IMG/VR virus record: IMGVR_UViG_3300010352_001202 | Source: a virus | Taxonomy: Duplodnaviria > Caudoviricetes | Length of the DNA stretch: 64,000 nt | Reading direction: 5' to 3' (one strand) | In this document: positions 1 to 8,880 of the stretch, piece by piece | Numbering within the stretch: position 1 is the first letter of the stretch | Layout: each line of letters starts with the position of its first letter | Position numbers and translations under genes: made by a program | The notes under the pieces: model-generated | Told to the model about the DNA's origin: nothing | Databases searched by the model: none | Seen by the model: the letters and a program-made list of their open reading frames with translations, nothing else

Positions 1-41
1 GGTGGATTGCAACTTGTTGTATCGACAACGGAGATTGTATA

Positions 42-722
42 ATGCTTAACTTAAAAGGCGTAGGTAATGGGACACTATCATATGTAGTGACCCAACAGCC
101 GGGTAGTTCTATTTCTCTTGTATCACTTGATAACATAGGATTAGTCGGCGGAAATTCTTTATCGAATAATCTGTTGGCAGGTAATGCAACGATTACTGCT
201 GGCTCCGCTGTGAATACAGGTGCAACTGCTGGAAGTGTAACTCTTACAGCAGGTGCAGCAACTGGCACGAGTTCCACAGCCGGTGCTATTGTATTATCCG
301 CAGGAGCAGGATCGGGGTCAAATAATGCAGGTAAGATTGAATTTCGCCCAGGAGTAGCAGCTTCAGCAGTTCACGGCTCGTCGGACTTTTACAAGTCTTA
401 TACTGAAGAAATGGTAACAATATCTTCAGCAGCCGCAACTACAGTGAATTGCCGCCTCGGTAATAATTTTGCATTTACACTTACTGCAAACACTGGATTA
501 TCTGTTCAGAATGTTCCGGTAACCGGAAGACTGTATAATATGACATTGTTCATTACACAGGGAGCAACTCCGTTTTCGATTACATGGCCTGTAGCGGTAA
601 AATGGCCCGGAGCTATTGCTCCAACCTTATCTTCTACTTCTGGTAAAATTGACATTATTACATTAGTAACATATGATGGCGGAGTAAATTGGTTTGGATT
701 CATTGGTGGACAAAACTATTAA
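42..722 (+). CDS. Virion structural / tail-fibre-like protein
   Basis: Gly/Ala/Thr-rich; C-terminal WPxxVKWPGxxAPTLS...DG motif typical of phage fibre proteins. Confidence 0.55.
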   Translation: MLNLKGVGNGTLSYVVTQQPGSSISLVSLDNIGLVGGNSLSNNLLAGNATITAGSAVNTGATAGSVTLTAGAATGTSSTAGAIVLSAGAGSGSNNAGKIEFRPGVAASAVHGSSDFYKSYTEEMVTISSAAATTVNCRLGNNFAFTLTANTGLSVQNVPVTGRLYNMTLFITQGATPFSITWPVAVKWPGAIAPTLSSTSGKIDIITLVTYDGGVNWFGFIGGQNY

Positions 723-731
723 GGATATCTT

Positions 732-1412
732 ATGTTTGGCGTAAGAGCAATGAATTATTTCAAATCTGCCTCACCGGGTGAGCAGGTATACACCACAGAA
801 GGGACTTTTAGTTGGATTGCACCAGCAGGTGTTACATCTGTGTGTGTTGTAGCTGTAGGTCGCGGTGGATCAAACAACGGTGGTGGCCTGGGGTGGAAAA
901 ATAGCATATCAGTGGTGCCTGGCGGATCCTACACAGTTGTTGTTGGTGCCAGCACATACTTTATAAGTAGTGCCTTGGTAGCGGGATTTAATACTGGTGG
1001 ATTTGCAGGCGACGGCGGTGGCTCCGGCGGCAGCAACGGCGGCGGCCCTGAAGGTGGTTACGGTGGCGCCGGTGGATATACGGGCAACGGCGGCGCCGGC
1101 GGTAATAACACAGGTAATTCGGGCAGCAATGGCACAGGCGGCGGCGGAGGCGGCGGCGGCTCGGGCGATACTGGACAATCCGGTGGCGGCGGCGGTGGCG
1201 TGGGATTATTGGGTCAAGGCGCAAACGGCTCGGCGGGCAGCGGTGGAAATATAGGCAGCGACGGCAGTCCGGGTGGTGGCGGTTCTGGTGGATCCAACGG
1301 AAGTTTTTCAGGCGGTGGCAATTATGGCGGTGGTGGCCAATTCACAAACGGATCTGGAGCTCTTCGTATAATATGGGGAACTGGCCGTTCTTTTCCAAAT
1401 AATGCAGCTTAA
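732..1412 (+). CDS. Glycine-rich virion protein
   Basis: GTFSWIAPAGVTSVCVVAVG start, poly-Gly core, GALRIIWG end. Confidence 0.6.
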   Translation: MFGVRAMNYFKSASPGEQVYTTEGTFSWIAPAGVTSVCVVAVGRGGSNNGGGLGWKNSISVVPGGSYTVVVGASTYFISSALVAGFNTGGFAGDGGGSGGSNGGGPEGGYGGAGGYTGNGGAGGNNTGNSGSNGTGGGGGGGGSGDTGQSGGGGGGVGLLGQGANGSAGSGGNIGSDGSPGGGGSGGSNGSFSGGGNYGGGGQFTNGSGALRIIWGTGRSFPNNAA

Positions 1413-1421
1413 AAGGTAAAC

Positions 1422-2231
1422 ATGAAATACATTGATACAAATACACTAGCAGTTTTGACTGTTTATGATATTCAGTTACTATATCCTACAACTTCTTTTC
1501 CAGAAGGTACACCGGATTTAAACTATCTTGGATATCCTTACTATGCAGAAGTTGTTCAACCTACATATGATTCGATAACGCAAGGTGTACAAGAAATTAC
1601 TCCTGTTCTCGCCGAAGACGGAATTTGGTATCAAACATGGGAAGTTTATGCATTAACCCAAGAAGAAATTGATGCAAACACAGCAGCAGCAAATGCAGCA
1701 CTTCGGAAATCTATTACAGATGATGTAATGAAGAGTTTAGATGATTTTGCAGCAACAAGAAATTACTCAAGTATCTTTGCCACATGTACATATGCAACAT
1801 CTATTATTCCTAAGTTTCAGCAAGAAGCTGTATGCTGTGTAACGCTCCGCGATAATACTTGGGTAGCATGTTATCAAATCCTTGCAGAAGTGCAGGCAGG
1901 TACAAGACCTGTTCCATCTGGGTATGCAGATATTGCAGCAGACTTACCAGTTCTAGAATGGCCTCCTGTGGCTGACTTTAGTGCTTCTGTTACATCTGGA
2001 GTTGCGCCACTTGAAGTTACATTCACAAGCCTATCTACTGATGCACGAACATATGCATGGGACTTCAATAACGATACAACTGTTGACGATACTATTGCTA
2101 ATCCGGTATATACGTTTGATACAGCAGGAACGTACACTGTTCGTCTAGCAGTTTCTAACTCAATGGGTACATCGGAAGAAATCAAGACTGCATATATTGT
2201 AGTTTCGGAACCTCCTCCGCCAGGACCATAA
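1422..2231 (+). CDS. Tail-fibre-associated protein with C-terminal PKD domain
   Basis: ADFSASVTSG.APL.VTF...YAWDF...NPVYTF...GTYTVRLAVSN is the PKD signature. Confidence 0.7.
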   Translation: MKYIDTNTLAVLTVYDIQLLYPTTSFPEGTPDLNYLGYPYYAEVVQPTYDSITQGVQEITPVLAEDGIWYQTWEVYALTQEEIDANTAAANAALRKSITDDVMKSLDDFAATRNYSSIFATCTYATSIIPKFQQEAVCCVTLRDNTWVACYQILAEVQAGTRPVPSGYADIAADLPVLEWPPVADFSASVTSGVAPLEVTFTSLSTDARTYAWDFNNDTTVDDTIANPVYTFDTAGTYTVRLAVSNSMGTSEEIKTAYIVVSEPPPPGP

Positions 2232-2649
2232 TTGGATAGTCGACAATAGGTCGGCATACATATATAGTAAGGCCAATGACGCAGCGTATGGCTTATGTAG
2301 AATGAAGGGTATGCCGTAGGCACCCGCCCTCTACGCATTTTTTAACATAGTCTTATATGGGTCGCAACTGGTGAATAGGTCACACAGAGTAGGCTCCAGT
2401 CTATAAGATTCCCTGGACATCTCATGGATAGCAAGGTGTAACAGTTTATGTTACCATCCTCTGAGAACCGCCACCCGGTGCATGTGGTGATGGACCGCTC
2501 GTTTTATGGTGATAGGTAGTAGGACGCGAACCCTTTAGAAAGCTTCCCGTTATCCGAGGGTTGACACCTAACTAAAACGATGTTACATTAGTCAATGATG
2601 CACAAGCTTGCATAGTTGTATATAGGAGAGGCCAGTGCCACTGACCAAT
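2231..2649 (+). ncRNA. Candidate large structured RNA
   Basis: No convincing ORF; closing ATTGG/CCAAT, internal stems TCTTATA/TATAAGA and TCGTTTTA/TAAAACGA. Confidence 0.4.
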
Positions 2650-2673
2650 CACTACAATAAAGAATTTGGCGAT

Positions 2674-2702
2674 TTGACACCGATCTAAAAAGGTGCTAGA
2701 AT
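2674..2702 (+). promoter_or_regulatory. sigma70-type promoter
   Basis: TTGACA-N17-TAGAAT. Confidence 0.7.
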
Positions 2703-2860
2703 CGCAGATGATAAATAACTTTGTCGCAAGCAATATATTTGTCTATTAGAAGATAACTTGAATGACTTGACAGATTAACTATAACTTGTTAAACTTGCGG
2801 CAAGGTAGTAAAAAGAACTGTTTATGCAGTGTTTTTTACGCAGATGATAAATAACTTTGT
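2703..2860 (+). repeat. Direct repeat CGCAGATGATAAATAACTTTGT (2 copies) containing the late-promoter-like ATAAATA
   Basis: Identical 22-mers at ~2703 and ~2839. Confidence 0.75.
2767..2795 (+). promoter_or_regulatory. sigma70-type promoter
   Basis: TTGACA-N17-TAAACT. Confidence 0.7.
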
Positions 2861-2914
2861 GAAGACGGGTGTCTTCGCACAAATGAACTTAACTTTGGAT
2901 TTTTGGATATAAAA

Positions 2915-3064
2915 ATGTTTGCTAACTTGAAACAACTGAACGCGATGCATATGGTGGCTTTAGCCTCCAAGCGCCTCTGCGCCGGTTATTGGGTCGGGTT
3001 TAGTACAAATAATGAACAAGATCCTATTAAGATGGCTTCCTTCTATAAGGAGTCTAGAACCTAA
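2915..3064 (+). CDS. Putative attenuator leader peptide (49 aa, all 20 amino acids)
   Basis: MFANLKQLNAMHMVALASKRLCAGYWVGFSTNNEQDPIKMASFYKESRT*; overlaps the antiterminator arm. Confidence 0.65.
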   Translation: MFANLKQLNAMHMVALASKRLCAGYWVGFSTNNEQDPIKMASFYKESRT

Positions 3065-3088
3065 CAAGTCTAGAAACTTTACAAAAGG

Positions 3089-3117
3089 AAGCCGCTAGGA
3101 AACTAAGCGGCTTTTTT
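3089..3117 (+). terminator. Intrinsic terminator of putative attenuator
   Basis: AAGCCGCT...AGCGGCTT then U-tract; 5' arm alternatively pairs with GGCTTCCTT at 3034-3042. Confidence 0.8.
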
Positions 3118-3438
3118 GTTGGCCCCAACAGAGTTGGGAACCAATGTTAGTGGTAGGATAGTGTGAAGATACAGGAAACGAGTTCCTGGGCCTGCACTGT
3201 AAAAAACATGGGTCGAAAGGGCGTGTTCGGGGTATAAAATCCGTGGCGGTAACGCGGAGAGTCAGAACCGGATCGTAAAGTGCATATCCACTTCAGGCGC
3301 TAACTACCGCTGAATGATCTGTTGTGTACTTTACGATAAGCATTGATCTGAGATGGGCTGAAACGCCGCAGACAGTGCTTACAAGAATATATGCATTGTT
3401 GTTACAGTCTGTATAAATATTTACAGAGGACAACAGCA

Positions 3439-3858
3439 ATGATAAAATGTGAAACATGTAGTAATGAAACTTCTAATCAGCGATTCTGTTCTTTGCGTTG
3501 TACTGTTGTATGGAATAATAAACATTCTATGACAGAAGAAACACAACGAAGTAGAGGAAAGAAAAATAGTCAAGGTACAAAAATACCGAACAATCTTTTA
3601 GATATGTCGAGTAGGACAGTTACTAAATTGATTAGAAGAATGAATATAGGTTGTAGTGTATGTGGCTGGAAAGATGCCTTATGTGATATTCATCACATAG
3701 TTCCCAAAAGAAAAGGCGGAACCAACGATAATAGCAACCTAACAATACTTTGCCCAAACCATCATAGACTCATACACGAAGGTGCAGAGTTACCAATAAA
3801 GTCAGTTACTGATCATATTGGAGAGGAATGGAGAAAGCATTACTACGCACATGAATAA
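3439..3858 (+). CDS. HNH endonuclease
   Basis: CSVC...DIHHIVP..GG.N...NL..LCPNHH. Confidence 0.9.
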   Translation: MIKCETCSNETSNQRFCSLRCTVVWNNKHSMTEETQRSRGKKNSQGTKIPNNLLDMSSRTVTKLIRRMNIGCSVCGWKDALCDIHHIVPKRKGGTNDNSNLTILCPNHHRLIHEGAELPIKSVTDHIGEEWRKHYYAHE

Positions 3859-3859
3859 T

Positions 3860-3945
3860 GGGTGTGCCGGGGAGTTGGAGATCCTCACCTGTCTGTAAAA
3901 CAGGCGCCACAGGCTGAATAGGTTCGAATCCTATAACACCCACCA
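3860..3945 (+). tRNA. tRNA-Tyr(GTA)
   Basis: CCTGT-CTGTAAA-ACAGG, long V arm, GTTCGAATC, CCA. Confidence 0.9.
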
Positions 3946-3952
3946 AGTTTAT

Positions 3953-4040
3953 GGGCTTTTAGGGAAGCGGACAAACTCACCTGCGATGTGAATGCAGGCA
4001 CCTAATGGTTTCGGTAGTTCAAATCTATCAGGGCCCACCA
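3953..4040 (+). tRNA. Atypical long-V-arm tRNA, anticodon GTG
   Basis: GGGCTTT/AGGGCCC-ACCA; CCTGCG-ATGTGAA-TGCAGG; Tyr-like body. Confidence 0.6.
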
Positions 4041-4082
4041 AGTTTCGGGATAGACGGAGGGCTAAAAGAGATAAATAAGTGT

Positions 4083-4727
4083 ATGAGCACCTACTATCTC
4101 TATGTAAAAATTCATAATGTCACTGGACTAAGATATCTCGGTCAGACTAAACAAGATCCGCTGAAATATGTAGGATCGGGCATAGATTGGCTAGAACATA
4201 TCAAATGTTATGGATCGGACTTAAAGACAGAAATTATTCTTGAATCTAAATCAAAGAGCGATATTGATAATGCCGGGAGATACTATAGTAACTTCTGGAA
4301 AATTACAACATCTGCAGACGATTTTGGTAATAGAATTTGGGCAAATAGGATAAATGAAACAGGTGGTGGAGGCATTGGTGGTCGGGGAAGATTACCGGGC
4401 TTTTCACATTCCGAAGAAACCAAAGAAAAACTTAGACAAGCAAATAAATCATTTGTAATGTCCGAGGATCGTAGAAGACATTTATCTGAGATCAATACTG
4501 GAAAAACTCATACGGTAGAGACCAAGCAAAAAATTTCTAATGCCAGAAAAGGCAAACCAAGAAGTGCCGAGACTAAAGCAAAAATTTCAGAGTCATTGAA
4601 AAATAGAGTCCCAAGTAGCGCCGCCGCCCCTCAAAAGGCAGGCATTGGTTTTAACGCGAAGTATGGTTTGTTAAAACTCGCCCTTTCGAGACGCAACTAT
4701 CGTACGGTAGTCCTGAATTTAATGTAA
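4083..4727 (+). CDS. GIY-YIG-like homing endonuclease with NUMOD3 repeats
   Basis: YLYVK..NVTGLRYLGQT..Y.GSG; HSEETKEKL / HTVETKQKIS. Confidence 0.85.
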   Translation: MSTYYLYVKIHNVTGLRYLGQTKQDPLKYVGSGIDWLEHIKCYGSDLKTEIILESKSKSDIDNAGRYYSNFWKITTSADDFGNRIWANRINETGGGGIGGRGRLPGFSHSEETKEKLRQANKSFVMSEDRRRHLSEINTGKTHTVETKQKISNARKGKPRSAETKAKISESLKNRVPSSAAAPQKAGIGFNAKYGLLKLALSRRNYRTVVLNLM

Positions 4728-4783
4728 GTATATGCCCCCGCGGAAGCAGGTGGGCGGAGATGAAAGTTCTCCAATCCTATAAT

Positions 4784-4858
4784 GGGGGCAGCAGAGGGCT
4801 GCGGAGTTGCCTTGCAAGCATCTTGTCTAGAGGGGTTCGATACCCCCGGCCTCCACCA
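4784..4858 (+). tRNA. tRNA-Ala(TGC), reduced D arm
   Basis: G3.U70, loop CTTGCAA, GTTCGATAC, ACCA. Confidence 0.75.
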
Positions 4859-4866
4859 TTTTCTAA

Positions 4867-4924
4867 AGTGTTCATTCAGCAATCCACAAAAATCAACTTT
4901 TAATTGAAAATAAAACGAACACTG
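4867..4924 (+). ncRNA. CAGCAA-family RNA with Lys(UUU)-like anticodon loop
   Basis: AGTGTTC/GAACACT-G stem, ATTCAGCAA, TCAA-CTTTTAA-TTGA. Confidence 0.75.
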
Positions 4925-4934
4925 ATTTATTCAT

Positions 4935-5010
4935 GGCGCAGTAGCATAGCGAATTATGCACCTCCCTGTCTAGGAGGCCGACGAGGGTTTGAGTCCCTTC
5001 TGCGTCGCCA
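4935..5010 (+). tRNA. tRNA-Asp(GTC)
   Basis: CCTCC-CTGTCTA-GGAGG, CCA. Confidence 0.85.
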
Positions 5011-5115
5011 GTTATGTGAAGAGTATCGAGCTTACCCTCATAAATACTTTTCACAGTTTAGGTAAGGTATAACGTTGCTTATAACAACTCTACGATACCC
5101 AAACACCTTCTTTAA

Positions 5116-5170
5116 AGAGAACCTACAGCAACTAAAAATTTACTGTAAATGAAACCAAATGTGTTCTCTG
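5116..5170 (+). ncRNA. CAGCAA-family RNA with Tyr(GUA)-like anticodon loop
   Basis: AGAGAAC/GTTCTCT-G, CTACAGCAA, TTTA-CTGTAAA-TGAA. Confidence 0.75.
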
Positions 5171-5205
5171 TTTTGAATTTGTAAATATTTGTGTTACAAT
5201 GTGCT

Positions 5206-5619
5206 ATGGCACTCATCAAATGTACTCATTGCGGAAATGATAAAAGAACTTATGGCACAAGTGCTAATTTGTTTTGTTCACGGCAATGCGCTAACGATTT
5301 CCAATATGAACAGCGTGTAGCTGAATGGAAATTATCGGGAGAAAGTACAAGAATTAGCGGCACGCCAGGCTGGTTACGCAGATATTTTTTTGAGAAGCAA
5401 AATGGTAAATGCGCCGGATGTTTGAATGATACCTGGCGAGAACAACCCATAACTCTTGAATTAGAACATAAAGATGGTAACAGTGACCATAATAAGGAAG
5501 AGAATTTAGAACTTCTTTGTCCAAATTGTCACAGTCAGTCATCGACTTATAAAGCAAAGAATAAGGGTAATGGAAGACATTATCGAAGACAGCTTTATAA
5601 GGAAGGTAAAAGTTTTTAG
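5206..5619 (+). CDS. HNH endonuclease
   Basis: LELEHKDGN...N..ENLELLCPNCH. Confidence 0.9.
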   Translation: MALIKCTHCGNDKRTYGTSANLFCSRQCANDFQYEQRVAEWKLSGESTRISGTPGWLRRYFFEKQNGKCAGCLNDTWREQPITLELEHKDGNSDHNKEENLELLCPNCHSQSSTYKAKNKGNGRHYRRQLYKEGKSF

Positions 5620-5692
5620 CTCTGTTAGTTTAGTGATAGAATGCTGGTTTTGTAGTCCAGATGCGGGAGTTTGATTCTCTCACGGAGCACCA
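5619..5692 (+). tRNA. tRNA-Thr(TGT)
   Basis: Cloverleaf, loop TTTGTAG, ACCA. Confidence 0.8.
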
Positions 5693-5753
5693 CAAAAAGC
5701 TTGATTGATGTATATAAGATCCTGATTCGACACTACGGATATCAAGCACATTT

Positions 5754-5827
5754 CAGGGTATAATGAAATGGTATCATCCCACCTTTGGAGCGTGGAAGCG
5801 GTAGTTCGATTCTACCTACCCTGACCA
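5754..5827 (+). tRNA. tRNA-Pro(TGG)
   Basis: Loop TTTGGAG, GTTCGATTC, ACCA. Confidence 0.85.
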
Positions 5828-5833
5828 GAATTA

Positions 5834-5907
5834 CAGAGTATAATGAAATGGTATCATCCCACCTTCGGAGCGTGGAAGCCCAAGTTCGATTCTTGGTACT
5901 CTGACCA
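5834..5907 (+). tRNA. tRNA-Pro(CGG)
   Basis: Tandem paralog of the previous gene, loop TTCGGAG. Confidence 0.85.
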
Positions 5908-6013
5908 ATATAACACATAACAGAAAGCACAATATGGAATTTTTAGCATTCAACTTAATCATGATTATGATAATGTTATCAGCAAGTCTTGCTGAACAAC
6001 TTATCTAAGACAT

Positions 6014-6087
6014 GGCTCTGTAGCTCAATGGTAGAGCACGCGACTGATAATCGCGCGACGAAGGTCCGATTCCTTACGGAGCCACCA
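6014..6087 (+). tRNA. tRNA-Ile(GAT)
   Basis: CGCGA-CTGATAA-TCGCG. Confidence 0.9.
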
Positions 6088-6093
6088 TACAAT

Positions 6094-6168
6094 GTCCTGT
6101 TCCACTTCGGGTGAGGTGACCTGCCCTTCAAGCAGAGAAGATGGGTTCGACTCCCATACAGGATGCCA
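6094..6168 (+). tRNA. tRNA-Glu(TTC), C at position 33
   Basis: CTGC-CCTTCAA-GCAG, GCCA. Confidence 0.75.
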
Positions 6169-6175
6169 AGTTTAC

Positions 6176-6251
6176 GGGTTTGTAACTCAAATGGCTAGAG
6201 TCCTGCCTCTTAAGCAGCGAGATCCCGGTTCGATGCCGGGCGAACCCACCA
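6176..6251 (+). tRNA. tRNA-Lys(CTT)
   Basis: Loop CTCTTAA, ACCA. Confidence 0.9.
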
Positions 6252-6257
6252 AACAAC

Positions 6258-6301
6258 GGTCCGGACAGAGATCCCTAGGATATATTTCCTCTAGACCACC
6301 A
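6258..6301 (+). ncRNA. Minihelix-like CCA-ended RNA
   Basis: GGTCCGG/CTAGACC-ACCA with a single small hairpin, 44 nt. Confidence 0.45.
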
Positions 6302-6410
6302 TCAAACCGCTTCCACTTGTTTTCTATTGACATATATAAGCCTAGCGGGCCAATTTTGACCTTTCCACATCACTAAATTATATAAGGATAAAAAAAGGTC
6401 TCTTCAAAAT

Positions 6411-6527
6411 GTCGCTGTAGTGTAAAGGTAGCACAACTAAAAAGGTGATCCTGGCAAGGATACATACAGCAATCTACATTCCATTACAAGGAGTAGGTCC
6501 GGTGTTCGATTCCCGCCGGCGGCACCA
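6411..6527 (+). ncRNA. tRNA-shaped, permuted member of the CAGCAA family
   Basis: Acceptor GTCGCTG/CGGCGGC-ACCA with D and T arms; anticodon arm replaced by GTGATCCTG-GCA-AGGATAC-ATACAGCAA plus TCC-ATTACAA-GGA. Confidence 0.75.
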
Positions 6528-6589
6528 TTGACAAGGTTGAGACTGCATGTAATACTTAGTGCTCAACTTACACACCCTGAAAGGTACAC

Positions 6590-7609
6590 ATGAAGAACTA
6601 CATTGGTATTAGTCGTGACCATAGCGGCTCCATGAGCATGATTGCTAATGCAGCAGCCCGCGATTACAACGACAACATCGCTTCCATTAAGGAAGAAGCC
6701 GGCTCGTTCAACATTGACACTATTGTAAGTGTCATTAAGTGTGGAACTGGTCGCCCTGCGCAAAACCGCTGGGATGTTCAGAATTCGAATGTTACGGCGC
6801 TGAAGCCGCTGACTTCGTACATTGCAGACGGTAACTGCACTCCGCTGTTCGACAGCGTGATGATGCTTATCGACCAAATGGAAAGCGTCCCTGACGCAGC
6901 TGATCCTGAAGTTTCGTTCATGGTTATGGTCGTTACTGACGGCCAGGACAATGCTTCAAACACCAAGGGTCCGCAACTGGCGCAACGCATCAAGTCGCTT
7001 CAGGCAACTGATCGTTGGACTTTCGTCTTCCGTGTTCCGAAGGGCGACAAGGCTCCTCTGGTTCGAATGGGTCTCCCGGCAGGTAACATCCTGGAATGGG
7101 AACAAACCGAACGCGGTGTTCAGCAAGCAACTGTTGCTACCAAGTCGGCTATGCGTGGTTTCTACGCTGCTCGCTCCACTGGTGCAACCAGCACTGACAA
7201 GTTCTACGCCGACATGAGCACTACCACCTTGAATGAAGTGAAGGCCGCCCTGGTTGATATTTCCAAGGAAGTGGATGTGTATGTGGTTGATACGAAGAAC
7301 GACGGTGTCTAAATCAAGGACTTTGTGCTTGCGCAAGGTGTTACCTTTACCAAGGGCTGCGCGTTCTATGAACTGAGCAAGACCGAAACTGTGCAAGAAT
7401 ACAAGCAGATCGCCATCCGTGACAAGATTACGGGCGCTGTCTACAGCGGTTTCGCAGCACGAGATTTGCTTGGTTTGCCGCACTACGGTGAAGTAAAACT
7501 TGCTCCGGGCCAGCACGGTCAGTACAACATCTTCGTCCAGTCGACCTCCATCAACCGCAAGTTGGTGAAGGGCACGAATGTGATGATTTGGACTGCTGTA
7601 ACGGTCTAA
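6590..7609 (+). pseudogene. vWA-domain protein interrupted by in-frame TAA (7310-7312)
   Basis: MIDAS DHSGS, TPLFD, VTDGQDN; the same frame continues IKDFV...FTKGCAFYELSK. Confidence 0.7.
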
Positions 7610-7769
7610 GAAACATTAGAGTATGAGATGTATTATAACCATATCCACTACTCTACAGAACATAAGATAGATAACCGGGCCTTGATCATGCAAATCTGTT
7701 GTAAAACAGTAGGTTATCCGTAAGTCGCGGAAGTCAGGACGCCGCGTTATAAATGCGTGGCACGAATAT

Positions 7770-7844
7770 GCGGGTGTGGTGTCAGTGGTAGCATCATAGT
7801 CTTCCAAACTAAAGGTGCGGGTTCGATTCCCGCCATCCGCTCCA
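7770..7844 (+). tRNA. tRNA-Gly(TCC)
   Basis: GCGGGTG, loop CTTCCAA, TCCA. Confidence 0.92.
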
Positions 7845-7860
7845 AATAGAAAGTATCAAA

Positions 7861-8187
7861 ATGTTTAACTGGTTCAAGTTTAAGCCCAAAGAAGATTGGC
7901 GTCTTGTTAAGACTATTGTCGATGATGTATCTCGCAATAGTGGTAAAGAAAAAGGTAAATTCTATTACCATCTGTTTGAATCTAGTCGTGGAAATAGGCG
8001 CGTAGAGTTTGCTTCTACATTTAGCGATCTGGATAAGGAAGCTTTAGAAAAAGCCGGAAAGCATTTTGACACATATCAAGATATGATTTATCGTTGGGAG
8101 CATGGTCGTGTAGATCCTAACATTCCGCGATATGATCAGATCCCCGAAGAAGAGACAGTAAATGTCCTAAAGGGCAAGATTTCGTAA
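7861..8187 (+). CDS. Hypothetical protein
   Basis: ORF between RNA genes. Confidence 0.6.
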   Translation: MFNWFKFKPKEDWRLVKTIVDDVSRNSGKEKGKFYYHLFESSRGNRRVEFASTFSDLDKEALEKAGKHFDTYQDMIYRWEHGRVDPNIPRYDQIPEEETVNVLKGKIS

Positions 8188-8209
8188 TTGTGTGAGGCCT
8201 CACACAAAT

Positions 8210-8297
8210 ATTCGCGTAGTTTAAACGAAAACACCTGCTATTAGGGCATTCAGTTGTTCCAGCAGTAGATATGGGGTTTGGACCCATAGCGACTCTA
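8210..8297 (+). ncRNA. Degenerate tRNA-like element with expanded anticodon arm
   Basis: D-arm GTTT/AAAC, CTGCT..AGCAG enclosing ~21 nt, T-like ATGGG/CCCAT. Confidence 0.4.
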
Positions 8298-8332
8298 TAA
8301 TCGAAGATCGCTTATTAAATGACAACGATAGA

Positions 8333-8551
8333 GTGACATTTAAGATGCATGATCCTCATAGTAACACTGTTAGAAGATCTTATAATTCAGATAACATAGA
8401 TTTAATTGCGTTATATATTCCCGAACTAAAAGAAATAGCTTTAATTCCTATAGACAAGTTTACCACAAATGATGCGGTTGTTAGAGTTAAGGAATTAGTA
8501 GTAAAAAGAAAAAATGCAGCAATATTGTTTTCGGACTTTATTGTATGGTAA
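8333..8551 (+). pseudogene. C-terminal fragment of a PD-(D/E)XK homing endonuclease
   Basis: Y..D.IDLIALY.P.....LIP resembles the C-terminus of 15569-15994. Confidence 0.5.
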
Positions 8552-8556
8552 GTTAT

Positions 8557-8631
8557 GCCCGGTTAGCTCAATGATAGAGCAATTGCTTGATAGGCGATAG
8601 GTTGTAGGTTTGACTCCTACACTGGGTACCA
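8557..8631 (+). tRNA. tRNA-Ile(GAT)
   Basis: ATTGC-TTGATAG-GCGAT. Confidence 0.85.
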
Positions 8632-8637
8632 AACAAT

Positions 8638-8781
8638 AGTGTATCTCCGTGCGGACTTCAATCCTTGTTGCGGAACGAAGACTAGGTTAGAAACCTATAT
8701 ACACTGCCAGAGTATTGATGTATCCAGTGGCTGTAGGCTTCGACTAGGAGCATAGACTAGGTTCGATTCCTATATACATCA
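8638..8781 (+). ncRNA. Two tandem D-arm-less tRNA-like RNAs (8638-8709, 8717-8781)
   Basis: AGTGTAT/ATACACT-GCCA and GATGTAT/ATACATC; shared AGACTAGGTT.GA..CCTATATACA T-arm. Confidence 0.55.
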
Positions 8782-8792
8782 GACAAAACAAT

Positions 8793-8871
8793 TCCGCAGA
8801 AACCGAGCAAGGTGCATGGTCTTGACTGTTAATCAATGGTTAGAGTGGTTCGATTCCACTGTGCGGAGCCA
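8793..8871 (+). tRNA. tRNA-Asn(GTT)
   Basis: Loop CTGTTAA, GCCA. Confidence 0.85.
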
Positions 8872-8880
8872 GATTTTTAT

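Noticed and set aside
909-1254. Alternative-frame ORFs in the glycine-rich gene
   Set aside because: Artefacts of GGC repeats that lack stop codons.
6094-6168. Opal suppressor (UCA) reading of this tRNA
   Set aside because: The stem register gives loop CCTTCAA with TTC centred, matching the C33 Glu(CTC) tRNA at 14256.
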